Below are positions 43,246-53,677 of a DNA stretch of 64,000 nt, piece after piece; within the stretch, counting starts at the first letter, position 1, and the number at the start of each line of letters is the position of its first letter. The translations under genes were made by a program, and so were the position numbers. This DNA comes from Bryobacterales bacterium (lineage in GTDB: Bacteria > Acidobacteriota > Terriglobia > Bryobacterales > UBA6623): contig CBDCYS010000026.1 in the NCBI GenBank assembly GCA_965224215.1, positions 43,596-107,595 of the forward strand, given 5' to 3'. The notes under the pieces were generated by a model. That model had not been told where the DNA came from, searched no databases, and worked only from the letters and a program-made list of their open reading frames with translations.

Positions 43246-44655
43246 GGAGTCCTCCGTTTTGCGAGAGACCGGCTGGCGGTTTGTTAGAGAGCAGCCGCTG
43301 AGCCCTTTAGCTTTTTCCCCGACCGGCCCGGGAAGCCCGTGCTTTCAATTGTTCCTCGGGTTTCAACATTGCTCGGAACTCCTCGACCTGGGGGCGATCG
43401 AGCGGGATGGCGTGCAGCACCAGCTCGAACAAGCCGGCGAAATGCATCGGTTCCTTGCGGAAGTCGAGGTGCACCTGTGACCCGAACAGGGCCGGGAACG
43501 ATTTCTTCTTTGTGCCGGCTCGCAGCAGCGGAATCACCCCCTCGCGCTCGGAGCGCGTTCCGCACAGGCGCGTCGTGAACATGCTCAGCTCAGCCGCGAC
43601 GACTCGTCCAGCATCTTCGTCCTCGTATTTCGTGAGGTAAGCAGGCGTACCCACTGCCGCGACGAAGTCGGCTTTGGCGATTTGTTGGATGAAACGATTG
43701 AGATCCTTCGCGGGGCCGCTGTCCCAGTGATCGAAAATCAGCTCGACGTCCGCTTTGCGGAGGTCTTTCGCCAGCTCCAGTACCCACTTCTCGTATTCCG
43801 CATCTCCCCAGGCATAGCTGATGAAGCAACTGGGATTGGCTTCGTCTTTCCGGTCTTGCCGGTAGCTTTTCACCCAGCTCAGCGCTTCCTCGTATTTTGT
43901 GCGAGCCATGGCGACTTGACCGGAACGCTCGACGGCCGCCGGAAACCTACGAGCCGCGACGCCTATCGCCGCTACCTTCGGTGTGGACAACTTCTCCCCG
44001 CAGCCGCTGCAGAAGAAATGCGACCGGCCCGCGCTGATCCAGTCGAGCACGACGTTGCGTTCTTGGCGCCGATGGCATTTGGAGCAGTCCACGACCGGCA
44101 ATCGCTCGATCTCTACACGCGGGCAGCGCGCCAAGAACCACTCGAAGTTCCCCTGAAACGCCCGTCGAGCCTCGGGCTGCGTTTTCTTGTCGTAATAGAG
44201 AACGATTTCAATTTCACCCTGGCACTCGACGATCTGGCGGAAACCGCGAATCTGTTCCTCAGCCATCTCGAATTGCGCGTGGTGCTGCCAATGATGATCC
44301 CGCGAGAAGACGCTGGTGTAGCCCAGTTGCACCACCAGCGAGGCATAGATGTTTTCCACCGCGCCAGCCCCCCGATAGGAGGCGTCCTCCACCTTGTCTG
44401 CTTCGGCGTCGCGCGGCCGCTTCTCGTTGATCAAGGAGGGAAAGATCAGCACGCTACGGCCGTTGACCGTTTCGCGAAAACACAGCGTCTGCCGGACGAA
44501 CAGCCGCGCCGCAGCGTCGAGCAGGGTGACACGGTCGGCTTCCTCAAGCTTCGTCAGCTCGGGGAACGAGTATTTTCCCGCCAGCAGCTCGGCCTCGTTC
44601 AGCAACCCGAAGCCCCGTAGATGCCGCCGTGCCTCGATAACCATCGACGAGGCTA

Positions 44656-45844
44656 GTGTAGTGTCCAACAATTAACTGGACAAACCGTGTAGTCTGTCTT
44701 ATGCTGGGGTATGGCCTCTCCTTGCGAACTTTCTCACTCCGAGCAGCAACAGATGCAGCAATGGATCTCCGCCCATGGCACCCCGCAGCAGGTTGCTTTG
44801 CGCTGCCGAATCGTGCTGGCTTCGAGCCAGGGTCTCTCCGATGTCGCCATTGCCAAGCAGTTGTCTGTCAACCGCAAAACGGTCACTCTGTGGCGACAAC
44901 GCTTTGCCCAACAGCGCCTAGACGGACTCTGGGAGATCGCCCCCGGACGCGGACGCAAGCCCCGCTATGACAGCGACAAGATCGCCGCCATTGTCGATGC
45001 CACCCTGCAAACCAAGCCCCAAGCTATGACGCATTGGAGTTGCCGCACCATGGCCAAAAGCCAGGGAGTCAGCAAGTCCACCATCCACAACGTCTGGCAA
45101 GCCCACCATCTCAAGCCTCATCGTGTGAAGACCTTTAAGCTGTCGCGCGATCCGAAGTTCCTGGAAAAACTGACCGACGTGGTCGGGCTGTACTTGAATC
45201 CGCCCCAGCAGGCGATCGTGCTGTGCGTGGACGAGAAGAGTCAGATTCAGGCTCTGGACCGCACGCAACCGGGCTTGCCGCTCAAGAAGGGGCGTTGCGG
45301 GACGATGACCCATGACTCCAAGCGCAACGGCACGACGACGCTGTTCGCCGCCCTGGAAACCTTGCAAGGCAAGGTCATCGGCCAATGCTATGCGCGACAT
45401 CGGCATCAGGAGTTTCTGAAGTTCTTGCGCACTCTCGACAAGGAGTTCCCCGGCGACATCCCGCTGCATTTAATTCTGGACAACTATGGGACGCATAAGC
45501 ACGAGAAAGTGCGGGGCTGGTTGCAGCGCCACCCGCGCTTCGAGCTTCACTTTGTGCCGACCAGCTCCAGTTGGCTGAACCTGGTCGAGCGTTGGTTCGG
45601 GGAACTGAGCCAGAAGGCGATCCGGCGCGGGCGTTCGGCAGCGTGGAGGAGTTGAAGGCTTGCATTGAAGAATTCCTGGGGGCCTGGAAGCAGGAACCCT
45701 TCCTTTGGACCGCGACGGTCAAATCGATCACGGAGAAACTCTCCCGCTGCCGCCGCACTTTGGAGAAGATTCAGCCCGGCTGCAGCAGCCCACGGACCAG
45801 AAAACGGAAGAAATGACTGTCCGTCTATTTCGTGGACACTACAC
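44656..45844 (+). mobile_element. IS630-family insertion sequence (1,189 bp) with TA target duplication
   Basis: Inverted repeats gtgtagtgtcca and tggacactacac. TA at 44654..44655 and 45845..45846. Confidence 0.88.
44711..45816 (+). pseudogene. IS630-family DDE transposase, 1-nt frameshift near the C-terminus
   Basis: DDE residues in VDEKSQ, LILDNYGTHK and LNLVERWFGEL lie in ORF 44711..45655. The conserved tail FGSVEELKACIEEFLGAWKQEPFLWTATV is in the next frame (45571..45816). The break is at the ggg run, 45629..45631. Confidence 0.8.
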
Positions 45845-47888
45845 TAGATTGGTCAGCAGATCCGGCTGGAGCAGAATCGACTCCTCGCCGCTGGTCCGGC
45901 GCAGCCGGGTTACGTAGCCGTGGTCGGCCAGGCGGTCAACGGCGGTCATCATCTCGTCGTCGCTGGAGCTCAACTTCTGGGCCTCGAGCCGTTTGCGCAG
46001 TTCAGCCGGCGTGACGAGCACGCGATTGTCGTCGGATGACTCCTTCAGCCGAAGGACGAAGTCCTTGACGCGCTTGAAGGTTTTCGTCGTCACCGTCGTG
46101 CTGAAGTTTTCCCAGGCAAGCAGCTGCCTTATGCGAGCCTTTAGCTCGTCGATGCCGCTCCCTTGCTTGGCGCTGGTGGCGATGTATTCCCCCGCGATTC
46201 CGTGTTGTTGGCAGAACTCGTTTAGCTCTTCCTCGGTCAGCGTCGGCGAACTGCGGTCAATGCGGGCACCCACCAGCACGGTCTGGCGCTCGGGCCGGTT
46301 CTTGGAGCGCGACTGCTCGGCGTGCTTGAGTTGCTTCAGCCAATACTTCACTCCCGAGAGCTGCCCCTCGCGGGCGGTCGCATCGAAAAGCAGCAGCCCC
46401 AGGTCGACCTCATCGAGGAACAGGGCATGGACGAGGCGGTAGTCCGGCTGGCCGGCCATGTCCCATAAGACCGCTTCGCAGACGGTGCCGTCTTCGCGTG
46501 TGCAGCCGAGATCGTCAATCACCCAGAAGCGCCGGCCGTGGGTCGAGTCGTGCTCTTTGTACTCGTTGTGGGCCAGCAGCCAGCCGAGGCCCGATTTGCC
46601 GACGCCGCTGTCTCCGACCAGGGCGAGCCGCGCGGTGGTGTAGGGAACGGTGTCGTCGGTTTGGTAGATGTGACGGCGGAGGGCGGCGAAATCGATCTCC
46701 CAGATGTGGATGAGGTTTGCGCCTGCTCCGCCCCTCGTGGCCAGCAGGGAACCGTTGGGGTGGAAGGCGACCGCGTGGCCGGGAAGTGGCTCGGTTTCAG
46801 CTTCGCCGCTAAGGCCGACAGCGCGGCCGGTAGCAAATTCCCACAAGCGGACCGTGCCTGATTTGTCGTAGGAGGCGATCCATTTGCCGTCGGGAGTGAT
46901 CGCAACTCCTTGGAGCCCTGCGGTATGTCCTTCCAGTGTTCGGATGTTGGCGCCCGTGTGCAGGTTCCAAATACGGACGGTTTTATCGTCCGCCCCGGAG
47001 ACAGCATGTCGGCCATCTGGAGCCACCGTCAGCGACCACACACTCCCTGCGCGGCCCTTGAGTACATGCACACAGTCCCCCGAGCCCACCTCCCAGACTC
47101 GCACGTCATGATCGCCACCGACCGAAACTGCAAGCTTCCCGTCCGGCGTTACGTCAGCGCCCCCCAATAACCCACCTTTAACTTCAACGACGTGCCTGCG
47201 TACACCTGAGTCGAGATCCCAAATCTGTACCTGGCCATCCATGCAGCCCGCGACCAAGGTCTGCCCCTGAGAGCTGAGGGCAATGTCCGTGACCGCAGCG
47301 TTCGCCTTGAGAGTGCGGGAAGTTGCACCGGATTGCATGTCCCAAACCCTAATAGTCTGGTCGCCACATCCAGAAACGACGCTGCTACCGTCTGGGGCTA
47401 CGGCCACGCCCAAAACCAGACTAGTGTGCCCTTTAAGCGCCCTGCGCTCCTTGCCTTTCTCCCACTCCCAAACCCCGACCGAGTGGTCCCTGTTCGCCGA
47501 GACCATATAGCGCCCATCCGGTGACCAGGCCAGATCGAAAACGACACCCGGTTCCTTGAGCACACGCACCAGCCGCACGCCCGGCGGCAGGTTCGGCGGC
47601 TGCTTCGGAGCTTTCTGTTTTCGCTTCGCCATTTCCGACAGAATTGTATCGTACTGGGCGCATTATGAGTGGCGTGGTGGACGGGAATTGAAAACGCGGG
47701 TGCTCCAGTGCGCGGCATCCCGGACTCAGGGGTATAGGCAGGCCGACTGGCTCGCTAGTGAATTAGCAGCTCCATCCGTTCCGGTTTTCGGGAGAAGCCC
47801 GTCGAAATTGAAATGGGCTGAAGGTGGGAATTTGGCGGCTTTTCTCAACCGGCCCTAGCGCCGACCAGCCGCAACCAAAACGGGCCCA

Positions 47889-48044
47889 CAGACGTGGCAC
47901 GAGCGTCCACGCTTGCCGCGGCCCGATTCGCCGGTTTGTTCGGCCCCGGGACACTGCGCTCCGGTTAGCCAATGGGTGCTCCCCGGCCAACAACGCCCCG
48001 ACGAATCTGGGCGCGGCAAACCTGGAGGTTCGCGCCACATCAGC
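47889..48044. repeat. 156-bp dispersed repeat, copy 2 (inverted relative to copy 1)
   Basis: Its reverse complement aligns with 9982..10137 along the full length, with near-identical arms. Confidence 0.85.
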
Positions 48045-48079
48045 GGTCCCGCCTCAAGATCGGAACGATATGTGGGGGA

Positions 48080-49756
48080 CTACGGTTTTGTGGCCGGCGG
48101 TGGATCTTCTCCGTCGAAGGTGATTTCGGAGTCGGTGGTGACGATTGATGACTCGGCTCCGAACTTGCGGTAGTTGCGGAATTCGATCTTGTTGCGCGAG
48201 CAGTTACTCGAGCCCCGCCAGCAGGCCAGATTCTCCGAGGCGATCGGCAGCAGGTATTGCTCACCGCTGATGCGGACGAAGCCATAATCGACCGTCATCT
48301 CGACCGTGTCCAGATCGAAGTCCGCGGCGATGTCAAACGCTTCGGTTTCGATCCTCAGCACCTGCGCGGTTTTCTCGTGGATCCAAATCGCACCCTTGTA
48401 TGCCGGTGTGATGGTCTCCGCGCTTCCGGTCACTTGCCCGCGAGAATTTGGTTCTTCGATTCTGAAATCGTAGACGACGGCGGGTTCACCGGCTGCCCGC
48501 GAGCTTCGATTGAACCGGAAAGTGGTCTGTGAACTCGGAGCGAAGATGCTCAGCAAGGTCGAGGCGAACTCGCCCATCGACCAGCTTCCCTCGATCTGCT
48601 CCATTCCTTTCTTGACAGCGCGGTTGTTGATCTTGATGTTGCGGTAGTCTTCCTTGCCGTCCTCGTAGACAAGATCAGTTTCCAGGACGTCGAGCGTATC
48701 CCAACCCCCTCGCCGTCCCTGGCGTGCCATGCGGTTCATCACCTCGCGGCAGACGAAGTTGGGCAGTTTTTCGGAATACTCGAACGCTTGGTAGCGGGCT
48801 TGTTCGATGAGCGGGTCGAGCTGCGCCGAGGACACGGCAGAGCCCCGGTTTTCAGCGGGCTGAGTCGGTAGCTCGCCGGTACTGGGTGGCTGCTCTTCGG
48901 CACTCAGCTTCTCGACGTCACTGGGGGACTCTGGAGGATCATTGCGACGGAGTACGGGCGGACTCTCGTCTTCCTCCCGCGGCGGATCCGATGGATCCTG
49001 CGGCAAATCCGGTGGACGCATAGCAGCCGGCGAACGCCGCTCACGTGACCCGCCGCGGCGCAGAACAGGCGGGCCCGGGTCGTCGTCATCGGCGAGCGGG
49101 GGCGGCTGCCGTTGCGGTGAGCGAGAAGCCTCGGCTGTACGCCGGCGACGCAACGTTGGCGGCCCTGCATCTTCATCGCCGCGAGGGGCGGACGCCGGTG
49201 CGGCGGGTGCGGTCCGTGCACCTGCGCTAGCAGGCGCCCCGGAAGGGGTGAGCTGCACCATCACCGACTCGGACAGCAGAACTCCCTGGTCGGTACGACG
49301 CGCCCGAACCGTAATGCTGTCACCGATCTTCAGGGAAGCGGCCGTAACCGGGCGATCGTCCAGGAAGAATTTCGTGGTCTCACGGTAGAGCACCCGCACC
49401 GTACGGTCCTCGCGCGTCGTGAGGACCACGGCAACGTCGTCCACCTGCTCGAGGGTTCCCTGCAAGATCACCACCGTTGTGCTGCTCGCTGGGGGGCGCG
49501 GGGCGCGACGGCTGCCCGGCTTGAGCGGGCCACGGGTTTGCGCTGTGGCGGCGGTGACAAAAGCCGTGGCCAGGGAGGTAACTACGACAACGCGACGAAG
49601 ACAGGCGAGCGCCCGGCTGAGTGTGAGACGGCGAGTCCCTTTGCGGCAGGAAGATCGCGTGGCCTTCCAGGGCATCGCTTGGCTAGACGAGCGGGAGCAG
49701 GCAAACGTTTCGCCAGGGGCGGTTTTCGGTCCGGTAGCCGTCATCGGGGCTCGCAT
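48080..49756 (-). CDS. Hypothetical secreted protein with a long Pro/Arg/Asp-rich disordered region
   Basis: 558-aa ORF. Signal-like LACLRRVVVVTSLATAFVTAATAQ, an OB-like segment, a low-complexity centre and a structured C-terminal half. Start codon uncertain. Confidence 0.6.
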   Translation of the reverse strand: MRAPMTATGPKTAPGETFACSRSSSQAMPWKATRSSCRKGTRRLTLSRALACLRRVVVVTSLATAFVTAATAQTRGPLKPGSRRAPRPPASSTTVVILQGTLEQVDDVAVVLTTREDRTVRVLYRETTKFFLDDRPVTAASLKIGDSITVRARRTDQGVLLSESVMVQLTPSGAPASAGARTAPAAPASAPRGDEDAGPPTLRRRRTAEASRSPQRQPPPLADDDDPGPPVLRRGGSRERRSPAAMRPPDLPQDPSDPPREEDESPPVLRRNDPPESPSDVEKLSAEEQPPSTGELPTQPAENRGSAVSSAQLDPLIEQARYQAFEYSEKLPNFVCREVMNRMARQGRRGGWDTLDVLETDLVYEDGKEDYRNIKINNRAVKKGMEQIEGSWSMGEFASTLLSIFAPSSQTTFRFNRSSRAAGEPAVVYDFRIEEPNSRGQVTGSAETITPAYKGAIWIHEKTAQVLRIETEAFDIAADFDLDTVEMTVDYGFVRISGEQYLLPIASENLACWRGSSNCSRNKIEFRNYRKFGAESSIVTTDSEITFDGEDPPPATKP

Positions 49757-50012
49757 TTCGCTCTTTCATTTGAGCACAGGAGGAGCGAGCACCGGGGCCG
49801 ATTTGGTGGAGGGGGCAGTGAGGACTTCGGTCGGAGGAGACGCCGGCCCGGAGGCCGACGCTGCCCGCCGGGAGGCGCGCGCCACGTCAAGAGGGGCGCC
49901 GCATCTCGATGGGCCTGACGTCAGAACGGGCGCCACTTCAGACGCGTGCGATGTCCTGACAGGCAACTTTAGGCAGGTCCAACCTCTGGGTGTGGGTATT
50001 CGCGCGCTCGGA

Positions 50013-50057
50013 GCGTGGACTTCCGTCGACGCCTCTGTCGGGTCGTTTGAAACTTTC
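50013..50057. repeat. 45-nt hairpin-containing motif, copy 2
   Basis: gcgtggacttccgtcgacgcctctgtcgggtcgtttgaaactttc; compare 19521..19565. Confidence 0.8.
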
Positions 50058-50068
50058 CGAGACTAGCG

Positions 50069-51028
50069 CTATAACACCTGCGCCGCTAGCAACTCGGCTA
50101 GCTTGGCCGGCTGGATGTTGCCTCCGCTCAGGATGCAGACCACATCGCGGCCGGTGGGCTTGACTCTCCCGGCTAGCAACGCGGCGACACCGACCGCTCC
50201 GCCGGGTTCGGCTATCAGCTTCTGCTCGACGGCCAAGGTTCTGACGGCAATGGCGATCTCTGCCTCTTCGACAAGAACGACGTCCGCGACTAGTTTTTGA
50301 ACGATAGCAAAGGTTCGCTCTCCGGGCGTCCCAACCACCAGGGCGTCGGCCATGCTGGGACCGGGCGTGACCGTCACGCGGCTGCCCTGCTCCATCGATT
50401 TCTTCATGGACCCGTTAGCGGACGGCTGGACGCCGATCACTGTGCAACCGGGGCGCTCGACTTTGATGGCTGAAGCAATGCCGGCGATCAGACCACCGCC
50501 GCTGATCGGAACCAGGACGGTGAAGTCGGAGTCGAGTTGCTCGGCAAGCTCCAGTCCAATCGTGGCGTCGCCGGCAATCGTGTCCTCGGAATCATAGGGA
50601 TGCAGCAGCAGGCGTCCCGACTCTCGCTCGAGGCGAAAAGTCGTGTCCCAGCGGTCTTTGAACGTGTTTTCGCAAAGCACGACCTCCCCGCCGAGCCGCC
50701 GCGTGCCCTCGATCTTGAATGGCGAGGATTTCTTCATCATGACGATCTGGGCGCTAACGCCGAGCTCGCGGGCCGCGTAGGCCACGGCCTGAGCGAAGTT
50801 GCCGGAGGAAGATGCGATGACGCCGACTTTGCGAGCCTTGTTTAGATTGGCCAGCATGCCGTTGAGCGCCGGTCTGACTTTGAACGCGCCGGTTGGCTGC
50901 AGCGACTCGAGTTTGAGCCAAACCCGATTGCCGGTGGCACGGCTGAGCGCTTCGGAAAAGACCAATGGGGTCGTCGGCAGGTAGGGCTTCAGCCTTCCGC
51001 GGGCTTCGCGAGCTTGTTCGATTGTCAT
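50069..51028 (-). CDS. PLP-dependent threonine/serine dehydratase-like enzyme (fold type II)
   Basis: Start moved to ATG 51028 (16 nt after the upstream stop). SLQPTGAFKVRPALN (PLP Lys), SSGNFAQAVA, GGGLIAGIA. Confidence 0.85.
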   Translation of the reverse strand: MTIEQAREARGRLKPYLPTTPLVFSEALSRATGNRVWLKLESLQPTGAFKVRPALNGMLANLNKARKVGVIASSSGNFAQAVAYAARELGVSAQIVMMKKSSPFKIEGTRRLGGEVVLCENTFKDRWDTTFRLERESGRLLLHPYDSEDTIAGDATIGLELAEQLDSDFTVLVPISGGGLIAGIASAIKVERPGCTVIGVQPSANGSMKKSMEQGSRVTVTPGPSMADALVVGTPGERTFAIVQKLVADVVLVEEAEIAIAVRTLAVEQKLIAEPGGAVGVAALLAGRVKPTGRDVVCILSGGNIQPAKLAELLAAQVL

Positions 51029-51044
51029 GAATGCAAACGGGCGT

Positions 51045-53441
51045 CTACGAGCGGACTCGGAGAAAGAGATACATCCCCGCCAATCCAAAAATAGCGCTCG
51101 GGGCCCAGGCGGCAATCACCGGCGTCAATTGGCTGGCTCGTCCTAACTGTTCGAATAGAGCGCTGATCGCGTAGTAGGTAATCGCCAAGCCGATGCTAAG
51201 AGCAACCCCGGTGAGGGCTCCGCGGTGGCCGGCCACCAGCGAGAAGGGAATGGCGAGGATGGCCATGCTGATGGCAAACAGGGGAAAGGCGAGCTTCTTG
51301 TGGAGCTGCACTCGCAGGCGCACAGTGTCGAATCCACTTTGTGTCAGGTCTGAAATGTAGGCCCGCAGCTCGCGCCAGTTCATCTGCTGGTGCTGGCGCT
51401 CCTCTTTTAAAAAATAGCTGGGCTCCTCGTCGAGGTCAGGAAACGCGCGGGCCTCGAACGTCTCGAAACTCGTTGGACGGTTGCCGTCGAACTGCCTGAC
51501 CCACCCGTTCTCGAAAACCCAGGTACAATGCTGCTGGTCCCAACGGGCGCGCTCGGCCGAGATTTGGCGCTTGAGGCGAAACTGCTCGGACTCGAAGTCG
51601 AAAACATTCGCCGTCGCTAGCACTTGCTCTTCTGAGTCGAAGAAACTGTGGTAGAAAATGCGTTCCTTCTTACCGAAGGTCCAACGGCGATCGGGATTGA
51701 CGAATGTGCGCACCGGCCGGCCTTTGATTTCGTCGCGGATCGCATCTTGCCTTCGATTCGTTTCGGGCAGGTAATAGTAGTCGAGGGCGAAAAGCGACCC
51801 GCTGATCATGAGTGCCGTTACTAGAATCGGTGCCGCCAGACGATATAGGCTGATGCCGCAGGCCTTGAAGGCCGTCAGCTCGTTGTGCTTCGCAAGAATG
51901 CCGAAGCAAACTAAAGTCCCGACCAGTACGCTGAGCGGCATCGTTTCGTAAATCAGAAACGGTGTTAAATAGTACATGTAGGCGACAAACAGACCCATTT
52001 TTTCACGCGCCAGCATGTCGTTCAGCAGCTCGAAGAAGCTGAACACGAACCAAATCATCACAAACGAAGCCACCAAAACGGCCAGGTAAAGAAGGAATGA
52101 CCGCAGGACGTACTGATCGACGACACGGAACGCCGGCGCGGATCCAGCACTCTCCCGGGTGACGACCGGAAGCTTACCTTTGCCCGGCGGCCGCACCGCA
52201 CCGTTGGTTTGGACTGCCGGCGGCTGCGTTTCGGGGGACGAAGACTCTTCATCTCGCCGCAGCAGGCCTGGCACCCAGCTGAGCTGATTTAGAATCGTCG
52301 CCGCGATGTCCCGGCGGTTGGGGGCGTCAAGTTGAAGCAGGAGAATCGCTCCTACGGCGCCGAAACTCACGTTCGCCAACCACATCGCCGGGATCACGGC
52401 AAGAAGTTGCTCTTTCGCGAGAGCGATTCCTCCAAGCTGAATCATGTAGTAGACAAAAACCAGCACGAGACTAAAAACGATTCCAACCGACTTACCCGAA
52501 CTCTTCGAGGAGATGGCCAGGGGAATCCCCACCATCGGGAGCACGAAACAGGCAAAAGGAAGCGCTAGTCTTTGGTGCAACTCGATCGAGGCGTCCAGCT
52601 GGTCCTCCCCGGCGTTGGCCCTGACGATCAGATCCTGGGTGGGCATGTGAGCGAAGGGCTGGGAGCTTTGCTTCAGCACTGTCGGGGTTGTCTCCAAGAC
52701 TTGATCACTGTCGTAGAACTCGCTTGTCTGAAACTGCGCGGCATCGTAGGACTGCTCAAAGGTAAGCCCGTGCGGGAGATGCAGTTGCAGCCGGTCCTGT
52801 TCTGGACGGGGCACGACAATCGCTTCCTCGGCGACGGTGATGCGCGGACCGTTCACGGCGGCGTTGACGCCTCCGAAGGACCCGCGATCCCCGGGTGCGC
52901 GTTCGTCCGCGATGAAAATTCCTTTCCAGCGGACGATGGGTCCGGGAACCACATCTTGAACGTAGAGCACTCGATTCGGAAAGCTTTCAATGAAGACACG
53001 CGGTTGGATCTCCGCGGTCGCTTGCGAAATCTTCAGGGTTTCGCCGATCCGCCGGGTTTCCTGGAGAGCGATCGGGTTGAAGTAGAGAGTAGTGGCGGCG
53101 CAGAGCAGCACGCCTAAGGTCGCCAGCACCGCGATGGGCGGGACGCAGCGGCTCCCGGGAACTCCTGCAGCTCGCAGGGCGATGATCTCGCCGTCGCTCG
53201 ACATGCGCCCGAGCCCGACCAGAACGCCGATTAAAACGCCTATGGGGATGGTGAACCGGAGAGTCTGGACCACTGCCAGCAAGAAGAGTTGAACCACATC
53301 ACTAGAAGAGCCGCTGGGCCGAATCAACAGCTCGATGAGGGGCCCCACCGCCCTGAGAAATAAGACGAACGTGAACAGCAGCGTCCCGATCAGAGAGCTG
53401 ACCACGACTTCGCGCAGGATGTAGCGAAAAAGGATTCGCAC
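51045..53441 (-). CDS. Fused LptF-LptG-type (YjgP/YjgQ) LPS export permease
   Basis: 798 aa with two YjgP/YjgQ-like halves. The halves begin MRILFRYILREVVVSSLIGTLLFTFVLFL and FRVVDQYVLRSFLLYLAVLVASFVMIWFVFSFF. Confidence 0.8.
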   Translation of the reverse strand: MRILFRYILREVVVSSLIGTLLFTFVLFLRAVGPLIELLIRPSGSSSDVVQLFLLAVVQTLRFTIPIGVLIGVLVGLGRMSSDGEIIALRAAGVPGSRCVPPIAVLATLGVLLCAATTLYFNPIALQETRRIGETLKISQATAEIQPRVFIESFPNRVLYVQDVVPGPIVRWKGIFIADERAPGDRGSFGGVNAAVNGPRITVAEEAIVVPRPEQDRLQLHLPHGLTFEQSYDAAQFQTSEFYDSDQVLETTPTVLKQSSQPFAHMPTQDLIVRANAGEDQLDASIELHQRLALPFACFVLPMVGIPLAISSKSSGKSVGIVFSLVLVFVYYMIQLGGIALAKEQLLAVIPAMWLANVSFGAVGAILLLQLDAPNRRDIAATILNQLSWVPGLLRRDEESSSPETQPPAVQTNGAVRPPGKGKLPVVTRESAGSAPAFRVVDQYVLRSFLLYLAVLVASFVMIWFVFSFFELLNDMLAREKMGLFVAYMYYLTPFLIYETMPLSVLVGTLVCFGILAKHNELTAFKACGISLYRLAAPILVTALMISGSLFALDYYYLPETNRRQDAIRDEIKGRPVRTFVNPDRRWTFGKKERIFYHSFFDSEEQVLATANVFDFESEQFRLKRQISAERARWDQQHCTWVFENGWVRQFDGNRPTSFETFEARAFPDLDEEPSYFLKEERQHQQMNWRELRAYISDLTQSGFDTVRLRVQLHKKLAFPLFAISMAILAIPFSLVAGHRGALTGVALSIGLAITYYAISALFEQLGRASQLTPVIAAWAPSAIFGLAGMYLFLRVRS

Positions 53442-53677
53442 GGGCGGCCGACTAGCGGTTCGTTCGAAAGGAAGAGGGTAAATCAGATTCTAACGTACGA
53501 TGGGCTCGGCTTCGGCCGGTTGCGCGTTGTTCGGCGGGCTGATGAGCTGACCGGAGTCGTTCAGATGAAGAAGCGCGGACTTCTGTTCGTGCTCGCTGCT
53601 TCTGCCGAGTCCATCTGTTTGTGCGCCAGCTGAGCGTGGGCTCTGAAGTCACTGGCGCTTGGTAAGAATCTCGGAAG

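Larger units (their letters stand above)
43307..47632 (-). pseudogene. WD40 - Roc GTPase - COR - zinc ribbon - TIR multidomain protein, split by an IS630 insertion (coding parts 45845..47632 and 43307..44655)
   Basis: Upstream ORF: seven WD40 repeats, then P-loop LVGDSGVGKSG, WDMAGQ, VGARID, then COR-like sequence ending QPDLLTNL. Downstream ORF continues in frame (ASSMVIEARRHLRGFGLL...), then CSKCH...CSGCG, then a TIR-like CFISYAWGD...ELIFDHWD...ADFVAAVGTPAYL...RVVAAE. Excising the IS restores 1,044 aa. Confidence 0.8.

Noticed and set aside
53452-53652. 66-aa ORF between lptFG and the FecR-like gene
   Set aside because: Arg/Ser/Thr-rich, with no start context and no motif. Probably intergenic.
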